From Antedon mediterranea (taxonomy: Eukaryota; Animalia; Echinodermata): 64,000 bases of DNA. Below, piece by piece: positions 1 to 12,100 of this stretch; the first letter of the stretch is position 1, and every line of letters begins with the position of its first letter. Position numbers and translations under genes: made by a program. The stretch covers positions 26,046,437 through 26,110,436 of the forward strand of contig NC_092672.1 of the NCBI RefSeq assembly GCF_964355755.1. The letters are read 5' to 3'. A model generated the notes under the pieces. That model was given only the letters and a program-made list of their open reading frames with translations, did no database searches and was not told where the DNA came from.

Positions 1-1120
1 TTGCGCGCACGATTCTTAAAATGCGTAAAAAATGAAATTTGATGTATAAATCACATTCTAATCACAATTCTTAGTACATTCACCGATCTTGAGTCCATTC
101 CGACTTAAAATAATGCTATACGAGCACGTTAAAAATGACAAAATGCGCACACTAATTTCACAAAAGTTCTGAAAATGGTGAAAAATATGTCTTTTTTAAA
201 ATGAAAATAACTCTTCAGAATGCACGATGACCCCTAAGTTTTTTAACTTATTCGGGAAGCCATTGAGTTGTAGATATAAATGTATATATACATTAGACGT
301 ACAAAATGGTATTACGTCATCAAATGGCCACATAAATTTAAAAATTTGGATTTTTTTCCGTTTTGTGTAGGTTATCACATTCAATAGAGCGCATCTCCGC
401 TATTTGAGCTCGATTTTCGCACAAATTTCAGTGTGTGCTTGCTTAATTATTTATCTTTCTCATAAGTTGTCAGTGGTTTCATTTTGATGACGTCATCACG
501 CGTAAAAACTTGAATAACGTAGGTCCTGTAATTTCACCTTCGCCGTAAATTTGAATATCTTACAGCTCTTCAGAATTAAAGGTTACCTTGATGATTATAA
601 TTTATTATGAAAGCTGATGAAATGTAGATATGAATTCATATAAAAATTAAGCCTATCGGATGATGTGATGTTATCATATGGCCAGTTGAAGTTAAAAAGT
701 AGTTTTTAAATTTCGTTAGTCGTAGTTAATCAAATTTCAAAGAGCGCGCATTGCGCTTCTACGTGTCAAATTCTCTTCCAATCCTTATATTTATTTGCTC
801 AATTCATTATCTTTCGAAATTGTCATCTTCGAGTTTATTTTGATAATTCCATTATACCAAAAAATTAAAACATGATGTGGGTCCCATAATTTCACCTATG
901 CTACACTGTATATAGATATACAGTATATACTGTACATATTGTATATGACACATAATAGGTATGTTATGCTATAAGTGTATATGCATCATGTCATAGGATG
1001 GCGTACATCAACTTTTTACGATGGTATTTTAACGTACGTGCATGTTTAAAAAATGTTAATCTCATTAAAATGATAAAAATGATCACCTATAATTCGTCAA
1101 AGTGACGAATTAAATTCTAG
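1..1120 (+). mobile_element. Non-autonomous Helitron/Helentron-like element, 3' part
   Basis: Ends with hairpin AATTCGTCA-AAG-TGACGAATT followed by CTAG|TT at 1117-1122; inverted high-identity copy at 58494-59615. Confidence 0.75.
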
Positions 1121-1589
1121 TTCATCTAATTATTGGTTTTATAAAAACACCTTATGTGTATGTTGTAGGCTAGGAAGGCCTTGAAAGAAATACATTGCTC
1201 AGAATAAGGGTGTAGACCCTTTACAGACTGCACACTCTGCAGGTTTTTTGTGCATTGCACATAATTCTGCAGTCTAATCGATTGTAAGGATTGATCAAAA
1301 TAATGCATGACACAATAAAAACATTTTTTATTTGGACATTATCTATATAGCAACTCTTAATAGGATAAGTTACTAGTAAGCTTTTTGCGCTATCCTGAAA
1401 AATCTACACTGTATTTCTCCGTAATGTCAGTAGTTAATGTTATCACAGTACTTTTTATAGTATTTTTTTATAATAATTTTCCAAATTAAAATTAATATTA
1501 AATACATTTTTTTTTTATTTAGAAAAAAAATGTACTGTATCTATAAAAAATTGATTTGAGAATGATATTGTATTTATTGTTTTTCACAG

Positions 1590-4500
1590 GTTGAATGATA
1601 TGTGGTGTGTTTCATTAAATGGAGGTGCTAAGGAATGGGAAGAGGTAAGACTATGTATATTTATGCTGTAATCAGTGACATAACACAAGATTCTAAGGCC
1701 CTTGATTTAGCACTTCTAATCTAAGAGGCTTCTAACGCTGGTTAGTTACATGGGGCCGCTCATGCTCTGGACCCCTTAAGCTACTGTATGGGTAGCCAAC
1801 CATAGCTATACAATCAGCAGATTCAAGGCCCTCCTTGCCCATATGTCTGGTGGTACTGTAGAATAATATAGTCTAAATAAAACATCACATCAAACTTTTT
1901 AAATAAGAAGCCCTGATGCTTTGACCTGGCTTTCTTAGAGTTTACCTAGAGGCCTACAAATTATGTTTACATTGAGTTATACACATGTAAGTGGTTATAC
2001 ATTAGGCACCAAACAAAAGATTGTTTATTAGCAATTGTATGTTATATAGTTTGTTTAGACCCTAGGGGTGTGTGTAGCAGCATGTCAAGCAGAAAACCTG
2101 AGGTCAAGTCTGGGTTGAGTGAACTTTTAAACATGTTTGCTGTTTTTACATTTATTTTCAGAATTCTTTATTAATATTTTTTTTCAGTTCAGATTCTCTT
2201 TTTTGCCTTGAAATGTAATACTGTATAACATCTCCCTTGGGACACTTCTACTGTATTTAGGGGACGGGGACATTTTCCTGTCACCTGAAACAAATGAGGG
2301 GAAATAATTTTTAACACAATGGCCATCCATCTTCAGTATTATATTAAAAACAAAGTATTTTTTTCGATCTAATTTAAGGTCAAACTGCATTTTATGTAAA
2401 ATAAACACCCCATCCAGGACCAATTGCGACAATTGATATTTTTGTTTTGCTTCTGTGATGAACCCACTGATTTTTGTGCGAGAGTCGATTGTGAAAAAAA
2501 AAAATTTAGCGAAAATACATGGTCTTTCCCGATTTGACAATTAGCAACGAGAAAAGGCCAGGTATTAGCTACTGTAGCTATAGCCGATAAAACATAGCCT
2601 ATGACCTAAACGTGTCCACAAACTGGTTGGGTATAAATGTATTGTTTTTCTCTTTTTATTATATTACAGTATTAACCATAGATCCTACCATTTATTTAAG
2701 ACAAGGATTGACCAGGGAGTACATCTCCCTGGATTGACCTGGTTTAATGTTTTTAAAGTAATATGCATTATTTCTACAAGTCAACAATTGCTGCAATTTA
2801 AACTGTGTAACCTTGGACTAGTTAAATCATTATTGTTGAAAAGATGAAGATGACTGATCACTTGTTATAATAAACATACATGTTGGAAGAAATTTTGGGG
2901 TCATGACCTTTTAATCATCTCATTGTCATAATACTAAAATTACCATAACACAAAGTATAACAACTGTATGACCCCTGTGTCACCTGATTTAGCTACTCAT
3001 TAATGCATTAGTAATATAAACATCCTGCAGATTTACTAGTAAACCAATTCATTGTAGAAGTCCTATCTGAGGTTAGGTAATTATTATGGTACAGTATTTA
3101 ATTTATTATAGTTTTATAAATTATAAACATATTAAATATTGTATCCTAAAAGTGGATAACACGTACTACATTAAACACAACGCCGTGGCTAAAGATACGG
3201 TACCGTATTCTAACTTCTGTTTACTAAAGGTACGGTAAAATTGCATACGTCATAACCAGCCAATAGGGTGCTGGTACGTGTGTGATGTCATCGTATAAGG
3301 ACTTTGGATTTTTTTCATATCGCAAAAACAGTGATCAACCGCATTTTCTTTTATGCTTCATTTATCGCTATTAATATCGCCGTCGTGTGTGACAAAAACT
3401 AAATGTAGCCTACGTCTGTTATTATTATTGAAAAGCCAAAACATGTTGATTTTAATTCTAGAATACAGAAAACCGTTTCAAAAGAGGCCTAGGCCTAGAC
3501 CTACTTACTGTACTATAACCTCATTATATGAATTTGTTTGTGTAGGGAAAGCGATGCCAGGCTGGGGCCAGCTGCATGTGTACGCTGATTTCTGTGACTC
3601 AGCCCTGGGGCTAATGTCTAAAAATCATAGTATTTGAGGGCCCCTTTATTGTCCGCATTTGCTTGTTGTTTATGGTCACCATTGTAAACAAAGTTTAGTT
3701 AATAAAAAATATAGGCCTAAAGGCCATTTGGAATAAAAATAAAACCCTCATCAGCGCACACACATCCATGCAGCCTGGCGCCGCCGACAGGAATTCTCTA
3801 CATACAACAAAAATCAAAAGTCCTTATACGATGACGTCACACACGTACCAGAACCCCATTGGCTGATTATGACGTAATGCAATTTTACCGTACCTTTAGT
3901 AAACAGAAGTTAGAATACGGTACCGTATCTTTAGCCACAGCGTAAACACAAAGTACAATACATAATCTTAAACCTTCTTTGAGTTTACAAGAATATATTT
4001 ATGAGTCATCCTCTTAAATACATCATAATGCATGTTTCTCACTCAAGATGTGTTCCCTAAAGGATTTTAATAAACTGATTGATTAAAATAAATTAAATCT
4101 GTAATAATAATACATTCTGACTGGGAGTACCAGCTGTAAACTTTTTATATGCATAAAACATATATGTCTATATACTAATTCATCTTTAATTGTGTAACCA
4201 TACTTATAACACCAAAATAAATTCCTGTCATTTGATTGGATGAATGCCAGGGTCACATGGCGTGCAATAGTATGCACTATTAAACGATCTTTTAATAGTA
4301 CTTTTTTTCATGTACAAACAAAAAAAAATTCTTTTCGTGTTTGGAAAATATTTAGTTTTATACTATTGCTTTTGAAATACAACATCGCCACCTATTTTGT
4401 ACTTTCGCGGTGATTTGAATGTTATGATGACTAGTTTTTCGCGATGGAAGTACATTTCTGGAGAGATAATGTACTAATTTAGATCAAAAAGGAAGATTTT

Positions 4501-5783
4501 GATACATTAACATCTCTACAAGACGTGGAATCATTGAAAAAACCATAATTAGCCTACTGTAGATAAGTTCCAATTGTCTGTTGAAGTTTTGCCTTTCCGC
4601 CAAGCTAGTACTTGCTAAACCCTAAGATTGTTTGGTTGTTTTTTTAACATAATCAACACTAAAGTAGGTGTGTTTATAAAATCCATATAAATATAACATT
4701 TAATATAATTACAAACCAAATGTTACTGTTTTAATCAATGTGAATGAAATGTAGGCCTTGGCTAGGGCTACCTTTTATTTGATTCAAATGACAGGAATCT
4801 ATTTAGATGTTGTATAAAACAAATAATGATTGTTTTATATTCCTGTACAAATAATGGAATTTGGTGAATGATGAAAGGTTAAATATCAACTCGGATGTCA
4901 CCTCGTTGATATATAACCTTTCATCATTCACCTCATGCCATTATTTGTACCATTACACTCATAAACATTCATTATTTGTATAATACTGCATTGTACCGTA
5001 AATACTTATTAAAACTGTAATGTTTAAATAAAAGGTACAATACACATAATTATTCTGTTATTAAGTGTCTGTAATCATTCCTAAAACAAGGCCATATATG
5101 GCTGGCCCAGTCATGTCAAATTTGAGTTGGTGTTTACCGACCGACATAGTGAGCTATAGAGTCGCATGATACGCGACTAAAAAGAACGCAACATTTCTGG
5201 ATAAAAAGAATACAAATGTTGCCATTTCACATTATTTCTGAATTTTACATCGAAGAAAGTGTAACACACAACAATCGAAAACAAACTGTTTGTTTCAAAT
5301 ATTCTGTTTAATGTAGAACTGTAATCTCCAGAATTGGGGCTGAGCTGAATGTTCTAGATTTTCTTCATCTTTCAAATTTGTCATGAATAATTTTTGAAAA
5401 AATATTTTCAAACCAGTTGTATCCAAGAGAAAATTTGCATCCCTTTCTCTGTCTCGCCACTTCTTAAAAATTGACATATGGAATCTCTTAAAGATATACT
5501 GTCCCCTTGAATATGTTTTAAAATTTTGAATGAGACATTTTAATTTCATATATAATAATAATAATAATAATTAATAATGGTAATTCACTTTGGCCAAATA
5601 TTTACCTGAAAAACTGTAATTTAAAGCACAAAAAATAGTCAAATTGGCTGCAAGACAGATTAAAAGTTTTTTTATTTGTTGAAAAACAAGTTAATGGTGT
5701 TCATCGCATAAAAGGTGTAACTTTTGGATAATTAGGTTATATGCATTCATGCATATAATAACCTCTTGATTCTGTCAGAATCT

Positions 5784-5814
<31 letters not shown>

Positions 5815-8800
5815 TTCTTTCCTTAGCACTATTTGTCCGTCAATTATCTTGATATCAGTTTCATCTAACTAAGTCAATTTTTCAGAGTATATTCCTTGGC
5901 CAGGAATTGATGTGGTTATGTTTTCACGGTGCGCAATCAAACATTACGCGGTCTACGCGCGATTTAACCAAATCATGTTTGTAATCATATCTTCACAAGC
6001 ATGAATCACTTTTAAACAAAATTTGTTACTCATAAATTTCAGGTCATATTTCATCATATGGCAATACAATTACGTGCGTAGCGCATATAACGCATGCATA
6101 CGCGCGCTTAAAATGTTCAAAATTGTCAGAATTTATTTTCGATAAAATTAGAGTTTCAGGCAATTTTAAACGTTTAAAAAATTGCCATAAGTGCGCAGAT
6201 TTGTGCACGTGCACTGCGCGTCAAACGTTATTGCGAACTGTTTTTGTCCGATTACTGTTGTATAACCTTTCTTTAACAATATCATCATATTGTATTAACT
6301 TTTCAACGCGAAACAGCGTTATACGAGCATGTCAAAAGTGACAGGCTACGCACGTGTAAGTTAACAAAATGGTGAAAATATGCTAAATTTAAAAATTAAT
6401 ATATATCGTTAGAATGCTCGGGAACACCGATTTTTTATTTCATTTTCTTGAAGTGTATGTATCATGTTTGATTTATTATGAAATTAAGAGAACAAAAGTT
6501 GATTAAGTCATCATTAATGGCATATTAAATTTACAAAAATTAATTTCGACAATCGATCAAATTATAACATTTTCTTAGGCCGAAATAACAAACTTAACTT
6601 TAACTTTCTTCCTTAAGAAGTTCATATATTAAAGTTAAAAGTATTGATCATCATTTTTAAAAATCTTTAAAGATGTCATCATTCATAGTAAAACATTATA
6701 ATTCATTGTGGTATGTAATAATCTATCTGCACCAAAGTGGTTACTGCATAGTAAATACACGGAGGAATATTTCCCTAATTTTTAGTCAGTTGTGTAAGGC
6801 TCGGTGGTCTTTGCTCGTGTCTATAGCAATCAAGGTACCGAATTCGAGTCTCACCTTGGGAAACGAAACGAAATAAGATTTTTTTTTATTATCCGTATTG
6901 TTTGTTCAATTGTATTTCTTAGTGTATAGATACAGATGATTTATAATGAAATTTATTTAAAAACACAAATGTGGTTTATGACATTATATACGCAGAAGGA
7001 TCTTTGATCGGATTATGATACCGGCTATTGTATTTGCGTTAGCAAGATCCTATCATATATTATAAATAACTAAAGATTCTGAGAAAATCAATCAATCAAA
7101 ATATCTTAAATCAATCAATTATCTTTATTTAAATCAATGCATATAACCTATTATTCGTCATAGTGACGAATTAAATCTAGTTTTATTTGTTGTTTAGTTT
7201 AATTTTTTATCCTAGAATTATAACTTTTACTGTAAGTCAATTTAACAACTTACTTTGCCAGTGATTTAAATTTATGGAGGGGTTATAACAGAAGTATACA
7301 ATGTAACTTTGTTAGATAGAAATGTACCGAAGAAATGTATGCTTGTGTGCTGAAGCAGCAATCTTTTCCGCGACACACGGCAGAACCGATACTGCTGTAT
7401 ATAAAAGTAGAGGATAACATGCTTTACAAACATCGCTAGGTGGGTACATCATTGTGAAATAAATATTTTCCCTTACTAAAAAGGCATATGGACTGGATGC
7501 AATTCTATTGAACACTAATTACAAATATGGAAAAAAAATCTCAGAAATTTAGCTGACAATTCGATCTTGTATCAATTGTGTTACAAAGCATTATTAATCA
7601 CATTTTGTCATCAATGGATCTCTTTAAAAATGTGTAGGCCTACATAGAATTACAACCAACAAAGTGTTAATATTTGTTTCATATGTTTCAAATAAGTACT
7701 GTAAGGAGCAATTTGGCTACTCATTTGTGTTCCTAAGTACCGTATATTTCGGTGTATAAGTCGCACTTTTGACACGCAAATTTGACCTCTAAATTAAGGG
7801 TGCGTCTTATACACCGAACATAAATGCCTCACCACACAGATTGTACATAGGGCCTAGGCCTAGTTAGGCTATCGTCACCTCGTTTGCTAGGCCTGAGTAG
7901 GCTAGGCCTAGCTACTACAGTAACTAACTAACGTAACGGCAACCTGCTTCTGCCTAGTTTTCAAGTCATTTCAGCATGATGTTATACTACTATATGATGA
8001 AAAGATTTGTTCATTATGGCGCTCCGATAAAATTTCATTTGTAAACGTTTACGTTGTACGATTGGAATAGTATTTATTTATACAGTAGTTATACCCACGA
8101 TCGCCGTACCCAAGCGCAAGCCCTTCTTTTGGTGGCCACATGGTGTACGGTATTCGACTAGTATATTCTCCAGGTGATTATAGCATGGACCTAGCGTACA
8201 CAATTCTCCGATACATAGATACTAATCGAATACGATTGTCCGTGAAAACGTGCGCCCTCTCGAAATGATCGAGCGAGGCTAGCCCACACACGTACGTGTT
8301 ACACACACGGTCATGCACTCGATGTTGCGGCGAAACTCATGAATAACAAGTTAGAAAGAACTTGTTGAGGCTGGGCGCGGCCGAGCCTAGGTAAGAAAAA
8401 ACCTAAATAAAGGACGCCGTTGTAGATATAACAAAATATATTATTACAATAATATTGATTACAATTTAAAAAAACATTGTTTTGATGAAATATAAGGTGC
8501 GTCTTATACATCGACGATATAAAAAATACCGATATTTTACTCTCAGTTGGGGGTGCGTCTTATACACAGGTGCGACTTATACACCGAAATATACGGTACT
8601 AGATATTCCAGGAGGCTTATTTTGGAGCTTGACCTTGAGTGTAATCTCACTACACTAATACAATTGTGTGGTAAGATAAAGATAAATTTATTGAACAAAC
8701 GCTTTTGTATCAGCGGCACACGTTAATTTACAAGGCAATGTAAAAACAAAAAGAAAAGTATCAAAAAATAACATTTAAGTCTTAACTAAGAAGCGAATTA

Positions 8801-9099
8801 TACAAGTAAAATGAGATTAGTATTATTAATATTTTCAAGTTTAAAGCGAATATATTATCATTATTATTACTAAAAAATATATATATAATATATAATTGCT
8901 AATTGATTTATTATACTGTTATTATTAAAATAAATGCAACTTTTATATGATTATTTGTTCTTATTATATTTAATATTAATAGTTATTTGTAATTTAATTA
9001 AACGTGATACAATTTTTATTATACTATTTAGTCTTATTTTTAGTACTGTATTATTTATTTATTTTATTTAGATTTAGGTTACATTATATAATTTTGAAG

Positions 9100-9130
<31 letters not shown>

Positions 9131-12100
9131 AAATATAATATATTATTGAATTAGATAAATGGTAAAATAATGTTAGTAGATAATATGGTGGGCGGTAAAT
9201 ATTTATATATTATATATTAAGTGTAGTCTTTCTATGTATCCATGCAGCAGTTAAGTATTGTTTACAGTGATAGTCTACAATTTCACCAATTCTCTCAAAT
9301 GGAAATTCTAAATAAAGGTCATCAAGTAAAATATGATGTTGGTATTCGATTGTAACCACTTCTAAAATTCTCCCAGAATGTATCATAACCACAATACAAT
9401 AAATCCATTTTTAGTAAGTTAAAATGTGTTTCTCTTACATTTTTAAGGTTTGAACATTCAAGTAGAAAATGATCTGTAGTTTCAATTAACTGATTGTTGC
9501 ATAGCTTGCAAAAACCAGTCTCATTTTCTGACCATGTATTTTTTCTACCTTCTAAATCAAGAGAGTTAGACCTCGCTTTAAACTTTAAACTAATGGAATC
9601 AAAATTCACCATATCAGACATGTATGTCTCTGCTTTAGGTTCATGTTTATATTTCAAATATTTGGAGAGGGTTGACTTTGTTTTTGCACCTTCTAACCAT
9701 TCCTTGTAAAAAATGCCAGCTCTTATTTTTTGCTCACTCTCCATCTACTCAGGTAAATCTAATTGCCATTCCAAATATCTTTCACGTCCAACACAATTGT
9801 TTATCAACCTAGGGTAAATACGATATACAAATGGAACAACCTTGTTTAACTCATTTGTAAAATTTCGAAGACGAAATCCTTCCATATTGAATGCTTTTGT
9901 TAAACTTGGAACCGTGTCCCTTAACGTTAAGTCGTCAGTAGTTGCAAGAAACAGAATACGCAAGTAACGAAGAAAAATGTTACTGGTGTCAAAGTAATCA
10001 TAAAGACAAATTATGTTACCTATCATATCGAGTCGTCCAGTATCTTTGATCATTATAGGTGATAATTCAGTGAATTTTGACCGTGTCCGTTCTTTATCCA
10101 TTAAGTTTGCTTCTGGACAGATGAGTACCCAATTCATTGTTTCTGTAATGAGCACTGCATGTTTGTTTGTTGTGCTCAGAAGAGGGCGCAATGTTGAAAG
10201 TAGTGCTTTAATGCCTATGTAGTCTGCAATGTTAGAAGTTGTAATACGATCAAATTTAGGCTCAAAGTTTGGTTCATAATCCTTGTGAAGATCTGTACAG
10301 TTTTTAAGCTTTATTATGCATTGTATCCTTCCTGCATGGAGAATTGATGAGGCAGATTTGATAACACTGGAGATGTATCGATGAAATAATGCAACAATGG
10401 AATCTTGTTGAAAGCTCTTCTGTGCCGGTATGCCATCCCAACCAAGAAATGGTAAAGCATCTGATCGGATACAATAGACAAAATCAAATAAACTTGGTGC
10501 GAATTCTTTGTGCAATTGGCTGTCGGCAACCATTCTTGGACGCCCGGTTAGGGTTGGGTTATCAACTTTTGTATTGATTTTATGTACATTTTGATTTTGT
10601 GGCAGAAACAGACCATCTCTAAAATACGTTCTTGCTGACTTTCTGTATTTTGGTGAAATGTTAACGATATAATCAGACATACCTTCAGAACTTTGAGGTT
10701 CTTTTTTGAACATTTCTGCTCTCTGTTGTGATAACTTAATCGAATCTGGTTTTGCAGTGTCGCATTCCATTTCTCTCCATTTACCCCAGACCTCTTTTAT
10801 CGTTTTTATATCATCTTCCTCTAAGATAAGTTGACCACTTGTTTTTTCCTTCAAGGTTGCTTTTGTATGTTTGAGAAGTTCATCTAGGACAGACATAAGA
10901 AGCTGATAATCTGTTTTTGGAATTTGTAGTGAATACCAGATATTTGTGATTGATGTTTCAATAGATTCTCTTGATCTTTGAGTTATGATAATGTACAAGA
11001 AAAGTACATTTCTTGCCAAAACAAATGGATCAATGTCGTTCAGTGTAAACCGAACATTGCCAGTGAAGTTACTTGGAAGTGATGCCGTTGTCAGTAACAG
11101 ATTACGTAAATCTCCAACTCCTGCAAGTAAGATGTTGTAATCTCTTGCCAATTCTGAATCTCTACCTTCTGCATCTGGTGTTGCTTCATTGAGGCCTAGT
11201 TTTAGTACATCTACAGCTAGAGTGTTGCCGATGTAATGTGGATAATCAACCAATCGTTGCACTTCTTGTGTAAATGCTTGTCTGTACGTATTTGCTCTTT
11301 CTATCAACATCTTTCTGATTTGTTTACACTCTTGTTTGTGAGATGACCAATGCTTCTCTTGACATTCACGTTTACAGTATGTGGCTTCTTTACAGGCAGT
11401 ACACTGTAAAAAAGTTAATAATTGTATGTACAAATAAAGCTACAATAATGCTAAACCCTGCAAAACCAAAAAAAAAAAACATAGTACACCCTATCGAACA
11501 AACATAGGCCTGAAAGTAATTGAATAATGCAGTGTACAACTCGATCGCCTGGGATGTCATTTAAAAAATTTACTAATTAGGAATTATAAATTTTTGTATA
11601 ACTACAGTATACTTGTTTTTCTAGTAAACCACCACTTTGGTTAAATATAATTGCTAAACCCTGCAAAAAATCATATCAAATCCCATGAAAACCAAATAAT
11701 TTATAATTTATAATTTTTGTTCAACTTATTTTTGGAGCATATTACTGTAGTTATAGCCAATTTTTTCTGGTGTTTATTCAGTAGCCTACATTTATAGCCA
11801 AGGGAAACTTTGTTATTAGGCCAGATTTGCACATGAAACATATTGAAATGCAAGTCTAAACAGCATCATCAATTTTTTTTCCTGGTGCAGATGCATCCTC
11901 TTCTTCTTCTTTGTTTTAGAGCTGACAAATGTTACCACTATAAAACAACACTATTATTAGCCAATCTCAATCAGGGTGAATTTTATTAAATAAAGAAAGG
12001 ACCAGAAATGTATCTGGTGGCACTTGTACAAAATACCTTTAAAAATAGGAATGTGGGCATAGACCTTCCATTCCAGCATATATGAGAACATTTTTACTAC

